This document shows positions 23,452 to 33,514 of a DNA stretch of 40,426 nucleotides, in pieces. The DNA is from an uncultured Candidatus Saccharibacteria bacterium. Lineage in GTDB: Bacteria > Patescibacteriota > Minisyncoccia > UBA6257. Within the stretch, counting starts at the first letter, position 1. The number at the start of each line of letters is the position of its first letter. The DNA is taken from positions 1-40,426 of the forward strand of contig CAYRXA010000005.1 of the NCBI GenBank assembly GCA_964428155.1, given 5' to 3'. The notes beneath the pieces are model-generated. The model was not told the origin of the DNA and ran no database searches. It saw nothing but the letters and a program-made list of their open reading frames with translations. Both the position numbers and the translations under genes were made by a program.

Positions 23452-24900
23452 TTATTTTTTATTTTTTGGTTTCATAAAAGGAAAAAGAATAATTTCTTTT
23501 AAAGAAGAGGCTTCGGTGAAAACAGAAATTAATCTATCAATGCCAATGCCCAAACCTGCTGTTGGAGGCATACCGTATTCTAAAGCTTCAATGTAATCCA
23601 GATCCTGTGGATGAGCTTCTTGATCCCCTTTCTTTTTCATCTTTGCTTGTTCTTGGAATCTCTCTTTTTGATCTATTGGATCATTTAATTCAGAAAAACC
23701 ATTAACTAATTCTGAACCAAAAGCAATCAATTGAAATCTCGCTGTTTTTTCTGGATCATCTTTTTTCTTTTTAGCTAAAGGGGATATTGCTATTGGATGA
23801 TCTATGATAAATGTAGGTTCTGTAATTTTAATTCTTAATTTTTTAAAAATTGCTTCAGCCACTTTTTCCTTTGAATCATTTTTATTTAATTCAACCTTCA
23901 TCATTAATGCTTTCTGAAACCATTTCTCTTTATCGTCTTTAAAAGTTAATCCTGTTTCTTTATTTAAAAAATCCTCATAACTAATTTTTTCCCATGATTT
24001 TTTAAGAAAACTTTTAGCTCGAGGAAGTTCTTTTTTAAATGTTTTAGCTAAAAATTGGAGCAATTCTTCTATTAAACCCATTGCCTCTTCCCTGCTTTTA
24101 TAAGCACTATAAAGCTCTAGAATTGTAAATTCTGGATTATGTTCCCTATCAATACCTTCATTACGAAAACATCTACCTATTTCATAAATATTTTCCAGAC
24201 CACCAATAATTAAACGCTTGAGATATAATTCTGGAGCTATCCTTAAATAGATTTTCATTTTTAAAGCTTCTAAATAAGTAATAAATGGATTAGCATTTGC
24301 TCCTCCATATAAAGGTTGTAAAATAGGTGTTTCTACTTCTATGTATTCTTTTTTATTTAAAAATTCTCTTATTAAAGAGATAATTTTACTACGAAAAATA
24401 AACTTTTCTTTTACAGTTTCGTTTTCTAATAAATCAAGATAACGTTTTCGAAAACGTTCTTCTGCATCTTCAAGCCCATACCATGCTTTTGGTAAAGGCC
24501 TTAAGCTTTTAGTTAATAATTTAAAAGATTTAACCTGAAGAGTTATTTCTCCTCTTTTAGTTTTAAAAAGAACTCCTTGAGCTTCTAAAAAATCTCCTAA
24601 ATCAAAAAAGTCTTCTAAAAACTTCATCTTCTCATCACCTAATTCATCTTGTTTAAACAAAAGCTGAATTTTTCCTTTTTCATCTTTAATATCAACAAAA
24701 ACAGCCCCGCCATGTTCTCTTCTTCCCCACATTCTTCCAGCAAGAATAATCTTTTTTTTACTTCGAGACCACTGAGAAAAATTACTTAAAGCTTGATCTA
24801 TAGAAAATTGACGCTGACTTTTCTCTGGATAAGGATCAACGCCTTCTTTTTGAAGCTTTTTTAATTTCTTTAATCTTTCTTTTATTAAATCATCCAACAT
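23452..24900 (-). CDS. lysS: Lysyl-tRNA synthetase, class II
   Basis: Contains an OB-fold region (..GRMW..R.HG...F.DI.D..G.IQ), ..YEIGRCFRNEGID..HNPEFT.LE.Y.. and ..GLGIGIDRL. Confidence 0.95.
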   Translation of the reverse strand: MLDDLIKERLKKLKKLQKEGVDPYPEKSQRQFSIDQALSNFSQWSRSKKKIILAGRMWGRREHGGAVFVDIKDEKGKIQLLFKQDELGDEKMKFLEDFFDLGDFLEAQGVLFKTKRGEITLQVKSFKLLTKSLRPLPKAWYGLEDAEERFRKRYLDLLENETVKEKFIFRSKIISLIREFLNKKEYIEVETPILQPLYGGANANPFITYLEALKMKIYLRIAPELYLKRLIIGGLENIYEIGRCFRNEGIDREHNPEFTILELYSAYKSREEAMGLIEELLQFLAKTFKKELPRAKSFLKKSWEKISYEDFLNKETGLTFKDDKEKWFQKALMMKVELNKNDSKEKVAEAIFKKLRIKITEPTFIIDHPIAISPLAKKKKDDPEKTARFQLIAFGSELVNGFSELNDPIDQKERFQEQAKMKKKGDQEAHPQDLDYIEALEYGMPPTAGLGIGIDRLISVFTEASSLKEIILFPFMKPKNKK

Positions 24901-24916
24901 AAATATGTTTTAAAAA

Positions 24917-25387
24917 TCAAGATATATTTAATATCTTATATTTTACCTCACCTTGAGGGGTTTTTACAAGTATTATCTCTCCTTTTTCATGGCCCAAAAA
25001 TGCACGGCCTAAAGGAGATTCATTAGAAATTTTTCCTTCTATTGGATTTGCTTCCTGAGATCCAACAACAGTAAAAACCTTTTTTATCTTTGGTTTACTA
25101 ATATTCTCTAATTCTATTGTTGAACCTAATTCTACTTTTCCATTATTTTGCAAAGAACGACGAATAATTGAAGCATTTTTAAAAAATGATTCTAATTCTA
25201 AAATTCGTGACTCTAAAACTTCTTGTGCATCTTTAGCTTCTTGATATGCTGCATTCTCTGATAAATCACCTAATTCTTTTGCTTCTTGAAGCATTTGAGC
25301 AATCTCTTGTCTTTTTTTTGTTTTTAATTCTTTTAATTCTTCTTTGAGATTTTTATAAGTCTCAGCAGTAACATAATTTTTATCCAT
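24917..25387 (-). CDS. greA: Transcription elongation factor GreA
   Basis: ..AKELGDLSENAAYQEAKD.Q...RI.ELE.. is followed by a C-terminal ..SPLG.A.LG...G... domain. 156 aa, ending at a TGA. Confidence 0.93.
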   Translation of the reverse strand: MDKNYVTAETYKNLKEELKELKTKKRQEIAQMLQEAKELGDLSENAAYQEAKDAQEVLESRILELESFFKNASIIRRSLQNNGKVELGSTIELENISKPKIKKVFTVVGSQEANPIEGKISNESPLGRAFLGHEKGEIILVKTPQGEVKYKILNIS

Positions 25388-25404
25388 ACTAATATATTTA
25401 AATT

Positions 25405-27306
25405 TTATTTATTAATTCTATTTTCTTCGTACCACTCCAAAACGTCTTTAACTACAGGCAAGGTAGCAACAACATTTGGAGGAGGAGCTTCTATGAAAAC
25501 CAAAACTACAATTTGAGGATCTTCATAAGGAGCATAGGCACCAAAAATAGTATGATATGCCTCTTTACCATCAACATAAATTTTAGGAGAACCACTTTTT
25601 CCTGCTATCTCAATTGGTAAAGAATCTAAATACGTAGCTGTTCCTGAAAGAACAACTTCTCTCATTCCCTCTTGAACTATCTTCAGATTTTCTAAAGAAA
25701 CATCTAGCCTTAGTTTTTCTTTGAGATCCTCTCCTTTTATAAGATGAGGCTGCATTAAAATACCATCATTGGCAATAGTAGCTATATAAGCAGCCATTTG
25801 CAACGGTGTCAAGGAAAAACCACCTTCTCCAATAGAAACACTGTAGGTATCTCCTAATTTCCAAGTTGGATCAAGAGGTCGATGTTTTTTCATCCACTCA
25901 GTATCAGGCAAGATTGACTCAGCTTCACCAAATAAATCAATACCTGTTTTTTCATTAAGCCCAAAAGCAAGCCAGTATTTTTTAATTTTTGATAAGCCTA
26001 AACCAACAACATCTTCAAAACCTCCACCAACAGCCCAAAAATAAACATTGCAAGAAACAGCAATTGCCTTTCTCATATCTACCCATCCATGATCTTCCCA
26101 ATCTCTAAAAACCCATTGTTCTTGAGGATTATAAGGAGAAGTAATAACAATTTTCCCTTCAGTAAATAATTCATATTCAGGATCTATAATATCTTCTTCT
26201 AAAGCTGCTAAAGCCATTAATAATTTTATTGTAGAACCTGGAGCATATAGCCCACTTATTGCTCGATTAAAAAGAGGCAAAAAAGGACTTTGGAGATATT
26301 CATTAATTAATTCTGCTGGAGATCCTCTAGTAAAAAGATCTGGATCAAAACTAGGAACACTAACCAAAGACAATACCTCCCCTGTTTTAGGATTTAAGGC
26401 AACCCCTGATCCTCCAGTACTACCAATTTCTTCAATTCTTTTTTTAAGAGAATTATAAAAAACTAATTGTAAGTCTTTATCAAGAGTAGTAATAATATCT
26501 TTTCCTTTTTCTGGTTCAATAGAACCTAAATTTTTTTGAACATTAAAAACAGCATCTACTTCAATTATCCTTTGGCCAGGCCTACCCTGGAGGACTTCTT
26601 CATAATAAGCTTCTAAACCATCTTTTCCTACCATACTAGTCAAAGGATAATTCTTGTATTTTTCAATATCTTGAGATGAAATTTTACCAATATACCCTAA
26701 AACATGAGCAAAAGCATCTTTAAAAGGATAATGCCGGCTATAATCTGAAACAATATTAAAACCAGAAGTACTTTGAGCTACTGTTTCAAACAACCTCACT
26801 TCATCAACTTCTAAATTAGACTTTATTAAAATTGGCTCTAAAGAATAATGATACCTACGACTTTGAAAAAGTGCTTCAATTTCGTCTTTATTTATCTTTA
26901 AAACAGAAGCTACTTTTTCTACTAATTCTTTTCTTTCATCATCTTTTCTTGGCATCTCTGAAGGAATCATTACCAAACTGAAAGAAGGACTATTAAAAAC
27001 TAAGGGTTCTAAAAACCTATCATAAATTATTCCTCGAGGAGCATTAACGATGTAATGATAAGTACTGTTATTTTCCGATCTTTGCTGATAATACTCCCCT
27101 TCTATAGCTTGAAGATAAAAAACACGAGAAAAAATTACCACAAAAAGAAACAAACTAATACCAAAAACACTTTTAATTAAAATAGAAGAGATTGGTGATT
27201 CCAAGCTTTCTAAATTTTTTTCTCTTGCCTCTTTAACTTTTCTATCAAGAAGAACTTCTTCTGGGTCAAGGAAATGTTTTTTTCTTTTAATATATGAATA
27301 TTTCAT
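25405..27306 (-). CDS. mrdA: Penicillin-binding protein 2 (elongasome transpeptidase)
   Basis: N-terminal TM, PBP dimerisation region and transpeptidase motifs ..PGSTIKLL (SxxK) and ..KSGS... It lies downstream of mreBCD. Confidence 0.88.
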   Translation of the reverse strand: MKYSYIKRKKHFLDPEEVLLDRKVKEAREKNLESLESPISSILIKSVFGISLFLFVVIFSRVFYLQAIEGEYYQQRSENNSTYHYIVNAPRGIIYDRFLEPLVFNSPSFSLVMIPSEMPRKDDERKELVEKVASVLKINKDEIEALFQSRRYHYSLEPILIKSNLEVDEVRLFETVAQSTSGFNIVSDYSRHYPFKDAFAHVLGYIGKISSQDIEKYKNYPLTSMVGKDGLEAYYEEVLQGRPGQRIIEVDAVFNVQKNLGSIEPEKGKDIITTLDKDLQLVFYNSLKKRIEEIGSTGGSGVALNPKTGEVLSLVSVPSFDPDLFTRGSPAELINEYLQSPFLPLFNRAISGLYAPGSTIKLLMALAALEEDIIDPEYELFTEGKIVITSPYNPQEQWVFRDWEDHGWVDMRKAIAVSCNVYFWAVGGGFEDVVGLGLSKIKKYWLAFGLNEKTGIDLFGEAESILPDTEWMKKHRPLDPTWKLGDTYSVSIGEGGFSLTPLQMAAYIATIANDGILMQPHLIKGEDLKEKLRLDVSLENLKIVQEGMREVVLSGTATYLDSLPIEIAGKSGSPKIYVDGKEAYHTIFGAYAPYEDPQIVVLVFIEAPPPNVVATLPVVKDVLEWYEENRINK

Positions 27307-27322
27307 TATTAATAATAGAATT

Positions 27323-27784
27323 TTATGCTTTCAGTTTTTCTGTTAAAAAAGAAAAAACAATATAGCCAATTAAAGTAAATATTAATTGCTGTAAAACAAT
27401 AAAATAAAGAACTGAACTTTTAAGAATTAAATTTAAGATCAAAAAACTTAAAAAATATATTGAAATAATTATACTCCCAATAATTAAACGAGAGAAGAAA
27501 TATGATTTTTCAAAAAACTTCATTAATAGAAAACTAATCCCAAAACAAAGAACTAAAATAATAAGATGGGTTCCCCAAAAAAAACCAGAAAGAGTATTAA
27601 AAATAATTGAAGTTAAAAAAATTAAAAAAAATAAATAATATGGGGAAAAATTAAAGAATGTAAAAATCAAAAAAATCAAAGCGATATTTAAAAATGAGGA
27701 AAGAAAAATAGTCATCCCAAAATAGGTTTGAAAAAAAATCACTAATAAAAAAAGTAAAAAATTCAAAATATAGCGCTTCATCAT
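27323..27784 (-). CDS. mreD: Rod-shape protein MreD-like polytopic membrane protein
   Basis: 153 aa and about 5 TMs. It has an ATGA start/stop overlap with mreC and sits in the canonical mreD position. Confidence 0.6.
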   Translation of the reverse strand: MMKRYILNFLLFLLVIFFQTYFGMTIFLSSFLNIALIFLIFTFFNFSPYYLFFLIFLTSIIFNTLSGFFWGTHLIILVLCFGISFLLMKFFEKSYFFSRLIIGSIIISIYFLSFLILNLILKSSVLYFIVLQQLIFTLIGYIVFSFLTEKLKA

Positions 27785-28596
27785 AATCTTGGAACAATAT
27801 CTTTAATAATAAAAACTGAAGATAGTCGGGAAAAATTTAATAAAGGCTCTAGAACAAATTCCTTTACTGAGCTAGTATCAGGAGAAGATCCAACTTTCTG
27901 TACTTTAGCTACCAAAAGCCCTTTTAAAAAATTCGTATTCTCAGCAGAAGTAATCAAAACGTCTCCAATTTCTATATCTGAATCATAGGGCACTAATTTT
28001 AAACGAAAATTTCCTTTATTATCTACTTCTGCTACTGCTAATACAGATGAGCGCAAGTCTTCAACACTTATTCTTGTTTTTGGATTAAATATTGACTCTC
28101 CTCGGCAATAATGATCAAAACATTCCACTAGCCTCCCTACCAAAACCTTGTTTTCTATAATAACGTTCATTCCTTTAGCTAATCCTAATTCTGATCCTTT
28201 ATTAATCCAAAATGAGCCAGATAATCCAGAAGGATCCATTAAAACAATTTCAGCCATTTCTAAAGACCAAGCTGTTTCGTTTTTTATCTTTAAAACTTCT
28301 TTTAAAAGACGATTCTCTTCTTGAAATTTTCTAAAATCTTGAAATCGACTAATTAAATTAATATTTTCTAACTTAATTTCATCTACTTTTTTTCTTAAAT
28401 CATTAAAATGAAAAAGATCATTAATCCAACCCCTTAAATTTGTTAAATAATTTCCTACTGGTTCTCCTAAACTTAAAGCAAAAACTATCTTAGGCTTCAA
28501 TAAACCTTCTTGAGAAACATAAAATTGGAATAACAAAATACTAGTGATTATGAAGATCACTAGTAAAAGCAAAGAACGAAAGCTTTTTCTTTTCAT
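27781..28596 (-). CDS. mreC: Rod-shape-determining protein MreC
   Basis: N-terminal TM, coiled coil (..LKEVLKIKNE..) and then beta-barrel domains (..GMNVI....LVGRL...., ..GDVLITS..). It lies between mreB and mreD. Confidence 0.85.
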   Translation of the reverse strand: MKRKSFRSLLLLVIFIITSILLFQFYVSQEGLLKPKIVFALSLGEPVGNYLTNLRGWINDLFHFNDLRKKVDEIKLENINLISRFQDFRKFQEENRLLKEVLKIKNETAWSLEMAEIVLMDPSGLSGSFWINKGSELGLAKGMNVIIENKVLVGRLVECFDHYCRGESIFNPKTRISVEDLRSSVLAVAEVDNKGNFRLKLVPYDSDIEIGDVLITSAENTNFLKGLLVAKVQKVGSSPDTSSVKEFVLEPLLNFSRLSSVFIIKDIVPRL

Positions 28597-28608
28597 TGTT
28601 TTTATTTA

Positions 28609-29679
28609 TTAAAGAGGAGGATTTTCTCTAGCAATATTAATTAAAAGATTTTTAAAACCATTAAGATCTTCTAAAATTATACCAATCCCTCTGATAACTG
28701 AGGTTACTGGATCATCAATAAGATTCACTGGTAAATCAACTGAATCTTCTAAAAGTTTATCAAAACCTTTTAATAAACTTGTCCCTCCTGATAATATTAT
28801 TCCAGTTTCCATAATATCTCCTATTAATTCTGGTGGTGTTAATTCAATCGTGTCTTTAATAGCATCAATGATTTTTGCTAACGAAGCTTCCATTGCCTCA
28901 CGAATATCATCTTCTTTAACTTTAATTTCTTTAGGCAATCCCCGAACAAGATCCCGTCCTTTAACATTCATTTCCTGTTTTGTCCCTGAATCAACTGCTG
29001 AGCCTATAAAAAGCTTAATACGTTCAGCAGTTTTTTCACCAATAGATAATTTAAATTTATCACGGAAATAATGAACAATATCCTCATTTAATTTATCTCC
29101 AGCCACTCTCAAGCTTTTAGAAACAACAATTCCTCCTAAAGAAATTACTGCCACTTCAGTGCTACCACCACCAATATCAGCTATTAAAACCCCTCGTGAT
29201 TCTTTAACAGGAACTTGAGCGCCTAAAGCTACTGCAATTGGTTCTTCAACTAAATAAACTTCTTTTGCTCCAGCGCTGTGAGCCACATCTTCTACTGCTC
29301 TTTTTTCAACTTCTGTTCCTCCTGTTGGTACTCCAATTACTAAACGAGGCCAATCAAAAACTTGCCCTAAAACTCCTTTTCTCTTAGCCTTCTCTAAAAA
29401 ATAATGAAGCATCTTTTCTGTCTCTTCAAAATCAGAAATAACTCCATTACACAAAGGCTTAATAGCGCTTATATGAATAGGGGTCTTTCCTAACATTTCT
29501 TCTGCCTCACGGCCAATAGCAAGAATTTGATTAGTTTTATTATTTGTTGCTACCACTGTTGGTTCATTAACTATAATCCCCTTTCCCTTAACATAAACTA
29601 AAGTTTTAGTAGTACCTAAATCTACTCCAATATTTCTAAATAAATTTTCTTTTAAACTTTTAAACATATTCGTTGTCAT
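28609..29679 (-). CDS. mreB: MreB/Mbl actin-like protein (paralogue 1, in the mreBCD-pbp2 operon)
   Basis: Contains ..IGVDLGTTKTLVY..G.IV.NEPTVVA.., ..DIGGGSTEVAVISLGGIV.S.S.R.AGD.. and ..ILSGGTSLL.G... The track start at 29706 is a TTG overlapping proS. ATGs at 29679 or 29667 are more likely. Confidence 0.9.
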   Translation of the reverse strand: MTTNMFKSLKENLFRNIGVDLGTTKTLVYVKGKGIIVNEPTVVATNNKTNQILAIGREAEEMLGKTPIHISAIKPLCNGVISDFEETEKMLHYFLEKAKRKGVLGQVFDWPRLVIGVPTGGTEVEKRAVEDVAHSAGAKEVYLVEEPIAVALGAQVPVKESRGVLIADIGGGSTEVAVISLGGIVVSKSLRVAGDKLNEDIVHYFRDKFKLSIGEKTAERIKLFIGSAVDSGTKQEMNVKGRDLVRGLPKEIKVKEDDIREAMEASLAKIIDAIKDTIELTPPELIGDIMETGIILSGGTSLLKGFDKLLEDSVDLPVNLIDDPVTSVIRGIGIILEDLNGFKNLLINIARENPPL

Positions 29680-29680
29680 T

Positions 29681-30934
29681 TTACTTTGCTTTAACTGTTT
29701 TGTCAAAATCTTTTAATTTTAATAATTTTACTTTACGACTTTTTCTTTCCTTGAGTTCAAAAGAATTATTTTTTAAAGTCTTTTCACTTATTACAATTCT
29801 CCAAGGTAAACCTAATAAATCTGCATCAACTAATTTTTCTCCACTAGAAAGTTCATCTCGATCATCATAAAAAACATCCAACCCCATTTTAACCATTTTA
29901 TTATAAAGTAAATCTGTTTGTTTTTTAATAATTTTGTCTTCTTTTGTTGATCCTTTTAATAATCTTACTAAATGATACTGAAAAGGAGCAGTTTCTTTTG
30001 GCCAAATAATCCCATCTTGATCATAATTTGCCTCTACAATTACTCCTAATAAACGACTAATCCCTATACCATAACAACCCATCATGACATGCTTATTTTC
30101 TCCATTTTTATCTCTAAACTTCAAATCAAAAGATTGAGAATATCTATCTTTTAATTTAAAAATATTACCAACCTCAGATCCTCTAAGCTCTTCTAGAGGA
30201 TGACTACAATTTGGACATTTTTTAGTATCTTTAATAATCTCTTTATTTTGGCAAAATTTACAAGAAGGACAGTAATAAAAAATATCTTCTCCTGCTGGAG
30301 TAATTACCTGAAATTCATGAGAAAAACGAGAAAAAGTTCCTCCAGAAGCTTCAACAACAAAAGCTTTTAATCCACATCTTTTAAAAATTCTTTGATAAGC
30401 TTTTTTAACTTTATTATAGTATTCGTCTAGATCTTTTTCGTCTTGATGAAAACTATATAAATCTTTCATAATAAATTCTTTGCCTCTCAATATTCCTGAT
30501 TTAGAGCGCGGCTCATCACGAAATTTATCAGAAATATGAAAAAGATATAAAGGCAAATCTTTATAAGAATGAATAAAATTCTTAACCATTGGAGTTATTA
30601 CCTCTTCATGAGTCGGTGACAAGGCAAACCATCCTCCAAAATGAGATTGCACCTTAAACAATGCATCAAAACTTTCCCAACGCCCAGTTTGTTCCCAATT
30701 TTTTCTTGGATTTAAAAGAGCCATTAAAATTTCCTGTCCTCCAACAGCTTCCATTTCCTCTCTTACAATTTGTTCAATTTTTTTTATCACTCGCAAACCT
30801 AAAGGCAAAAAATTATAAACCCCGCTAGTTAATCTTTCTATAAAATTAGCTTTTATTAATAAAGCAGCGCTAATAGCTACTTCTTCCTGAGATATTTTTT
30901 TTCTGCTTTTGAAATAAAATTTTGAAGCTTTCAT
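29681..30934 (-). CDS. proS: Prolyl-tRNA synthetase, minimal form without an INS editing domain
   Basis: Contains motif 2 (..FRDEPRSKSGILRGKEF.MKD.YSF), ..SHEFQV.. and motif 3 (..GCYGIGISRL), plus a C-terminal anticodon-binding domain. The space between motifs 2 and 3 holds only a CPSC..C..CPNC zinc ribbon (about 30206-30271). Confidence 0.88.
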   Translation of the reverse strand: MKASKFYFKSRKKISQEEVAISAALLIKANFIERLTSGVYNFLPLGLRVIKKIEQIVREEMEAVGGQEILMALLNPRKNWEQTGRWESFDALFKVQSHFGGWFALSPTHEEVITPMVKNFIHSYKDLPLYLFHISDKFRDEPRSKSGILRGKEFIMKDLYSFHQDEKDLDEYYNKVKKAYQRIFKRCGLKAFVVEASGGTFSRFSHEFQVITPAGEDIFYYCPSCKFCQNKEIIKDTKKCPNCSHPLEELRGSEVGNIFKLKDRYSQSFDLKFRDKNGENKHVMMGCYGIGISRLLGVIVEANYDQDGIIWPKETAPFQYHLVRLLKGSTKEDKIIKKQTDLLYNKMVKMGLDVFYDDRDELSSGEKLVDADLLGLPWRIVISEKTLKNNSFELKERKSRKVKLLKLKDFDKTVKAK

Positions 30935-30937
30935 TGT

Positions 30938-32008
30938 TTAATTATTAAAAATAAATAAATTAATATCTTTAATAGTGACTACAAAAAGAAGGATTATTAG
31001 CAAGAAAAAACAAACATTATTTATTATTAATTCTGTTTTTTGAGTAAATGGACGCTGCCTTATCTTTTCAATTCCCAAGAAAAAAATTCTACCACCATCT
31101 ACTGCTGGAATAGGAAGTAAATTAAAAATAGCAAAAGCATAAGAAATAATTCCTAAGATATAAAAACCATAATCCCATCCCCATTGAAAACTTCTCGTAG
31201 TAATTGCCATAATCCCTACTGGTCCAGTTAATTCTTCAATACCACCACCTTTAAAAAGATTAACAAAAATCCGACCAAGACCTGTTAGCATTTCTTTAGT
31301 AAGAACTCCCATAAAAATGATTGATTGCCTTGGGGCCTCTATAACAGAATATTGCAAATACCCCTCTTCATTAAGAATAACCCCTAAATACCCTTTTGCT
31401 GCCTCAGCTTCTTGTCTCAACATAACCTCTATCTCTACTTGAGAACCTTCTCTATCAATAACTAATTGAATCTTTTTTCCTTCTAATTCTGCTGTTTTTT
31501 CTTGAACCTCTTGAACACTGCTCACTAGATAATATTCATTTAAATATTTAATACCTAAAACGATATCTCCAGTTTCTAAACCAGCAGAAAAAGCGGGAGA
31601 ATCTTCTTCTATTCCTTGGATCGTTACATAAGAAACAGCTTTTTCTTGATAATTTTCAGGCAAGGCAAAAGTTGGCATCCCAACACTAAAAAGAATAGTA
31701 AAAACTAAAAAAGCAATTATAAAATTGCTAACCACTCCAGCTACAAGAACCGAAGCTCTCTTACCTAAAGATTGAGCAGCAAAACTATTTTTACCACCAT
31801 ATTCTAGAATTTTTACAAAACCACCAAAAGGTATAGCATTAATAGAATAAATAACCCCATTTTTTTTAAAGCTAAAAAGCTTTGGTGGATAACCAATACC
31901 AAATTCTTCAACAGCAATACCATGCTTTCTAGCCATTACAAAATGCCCCAATTCATGCAAAAAGATAATAAGACCTAAACATAATAAACTTATAAGAAAA
32001 TATATCAT
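30938..32008 (-). CDS. rseP: Site-2 protease RseP (M50 family, PDZ-containing)
   Basis: Contains HELGHF near the N-terminus, a PDZ-like middle (..GLETGDIVLGI..) and ..NLLPIPAVDGG.. near the C-terminus. Confidence 0.9.
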   Translation of the reverse strand: MIYFLISLLCLGLIIFLHELGHFVMARKHGIAVEEFGIGYPPKLFSFKKNGVIYSINAIPFGGFVKILEYGGKNSFAAQSLGKRASVLVAGVVSNFIIAFLVFTILFSVGMPTFALPENYQEKAVSYVTIQGIEEDSPAFSAGLETGDIVLGIKYLNEYYLVSSVQEVQEKTAELEGKKIQLVIDREGSQVEIEVMLRQEAEAAKGYLGVILNEEGYLQYSVIEAPRQSIIFMGVLTKEMLTGLGRIFVNLFKGGGIEELTGPVGIMAITTRSFQWGWDYGFYILGIISYAFAIFNLLPIPAVDGGRIFFLGIEKIRQRPFTQKTELIINNVCFFLLIILLFVVTIKDINLFIFNN

Positions 32009-32021
32009 AGCAAATTAATTT

Positions 32022-32570
32022 TTATGAATTTAAAATTTCTTCTTTTTTTTGTTCTTCTTTCTGATCAAAAGCTTCATTTATTTTTTCAACTACTTTTTGA
32101 GCTTCTTCTTTTAAACGGAATTTTTCATCTTCAGATAATTCTTTATCCTCATGCTTTTTATTAATTTCTTCTATCATTTTTTCTCTTAATTCTCTCAATT
32201 TTATTCGATATTCTTCTTTTTTAAGCCCAATAATCTTAACTAATTCTTCTTTTCTTTCTTTACTTAATGAAGGTAAAAATAGTTTTATCTGTTTTCCCTC
32301 TTGTGAAGGATTTAAACCTAAATTTGAAGACTCTAAAGCCTTCTTAACAGCTGGCGCTAAAGTTTCATCCCAAAGCTCAATAATAATAACATTAGGAAGT
32401 TTAATTGATATTCCTGCTAAATGTTTCAAAGGAGTTAAGGCTCCATAACTATCAATTTTAATATCTTCTACTAAAGCAGTTGTTGGCCGTGAAGTACGAA
32501 ACAACAAAATCTCTTCATAGAATTCATTTAATAATTTTTTTGTTTGTTCTTCAAATTGTTTAATTAACAT
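32022..32570 (-). CDS. frr: Ribosome recycling factor
   Basis: ..FRTSRPTTALVEDIKIDSYG....L...A.IS.. and ..LP.LSKERKEELVK.. are typical of Frr. 182 aa. Confidence 0.93.
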   Translation of the reverse strand: MLIKQFEEQTKKLLNEFYEEILLFRTSRPTTALVEDIKIDSYGALTPLKHLAGISIKLPNVIIIELWDETLAPAVKKALESSNLGLNPSQEGKQIKLFLPSLSKERKEELVKIIGLKKEEYRIKLRELREKMIEEINKKHEDKELSEDEKFRLKEEAQKVVEKINEAFDQKEEQKKEEILNS

Positions 32571-32584
32571 AATTAATAATTTAT

Positions 32585-33496
32585 TTATTGTAATTGAAGA
32601 AAAATATTCTCCATTAATAATTGTTTATTAATATTGGTTTCTGTTATTAAATAGATTGCTTTTAAAAGACTTGTAATTAATTTTGTTTTTTTATCTGGAC
32701 TTAAATTTAACTTACTAGATTCTTTATTAGATTTTAACATTCTTAGCCACTCTTCTAAAGTAGCGCCTAATTCATTTTTCTCTTCTACTAATTTTTGAAA
32801 GTAAGCAGATTGCTTAGAAAAATCTTGATTTAAAATTTTAATCAAATCTTCTCTTTTTTGAAATAAATCTTTTTTATAGTCATCATCCATTAACTTAATA
32901 ACCTTTCCTATCTTTCCTTCGGCTCTTTCTGCTATTAAATTAGCTTCTTCTCTAGACAAGGAATACTCTGTTAATAAAAAATCCATTATCTTCTTATTGC
33001 TTGCCCTAATAAATCTTAATGAAAGAAGTCGAGAACGCACAGTTGATAAAAGCTTTTTATAGGCATTGGTTACTAAAATAATTAATACATTTTCTCGCGA
33101 TTCTTCTAAAGTTTTTAAAAGAGCATTTTGAGAATCTTCAGTCATTTTATCTGCTTTATTAATTATTAAAATTCTTAAAGCAGAAATCTGGGGATGATAA
33201 ATTAAAAACTCCAATCCTTTCTTTATTTGTTCAATTTTTATAGAATTTTCCTCTGGTTCAATTATCATTAAATCCGGATGATACCCTTGATTTATCATTT
33301 TACAACTAGAACATTCATTACATCTTTCCCATTTTTTATTATGACTACAAAGCAATGCTTCACTAAACACTTTCGCTGTTGTCATTTTTCCAATTGATTC
33401 TTCTCCCCAAAAAAGAAGATTCTGAGCTAATCTTTGATCAGTATCAAAAAACTTTTCTAAGAAAGTTGTCACTCCGTCATTTTTAAAAAAAATCAT
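32585..33496 (-). CDS. holB: DNA polymerase III delta-prime subunit
   Basis: A degenerate P-loop (..LFWGEESIGKMT), a CNECSSC zinc module, ..LIINKADKMT.. and ..ILVTN....LLSTVRSR.. (SRC-like). Confidence 0.8.
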   Translation of the reverse strand: MIFFKNDGVTTFLEKFFDTDQRLAQNLLFWGEESIGKMTTAKVFSEALLCSHNKKWERCNECSSCKMINQGYHPDLMIIEPEENSIKIEQIKKGLEFLIYHPQISALRILIINKADKMTEDSQNALLKTLEESRENVLIILVTNAYKKLLSTVRSRLLSLRFIRASNKKIMDFLLTEYSLSREEANLIAERAEGKIGKVIKLMDDDYKKDLFQKREDLIKILNQDFSKQSAYFQKLVEEKNELGATLEEWLRMLKSNKESSKLNLSPDKKTKLITSLLKAIYLITETNINKQLLMENIFLQLQ

Positions 33497-33514
33497 AAGA
33501 TAATCTTAATTCTC

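Noticed and set aside
29680-29706. TTG start for MreB paralogue 1 that overlaps proS by 26 nt.
   Set aside because: The start codon is TTG and the overlap is long. In-frame ATGs at 29679 (immediately after the proS stop) and 29667 are more plausible.
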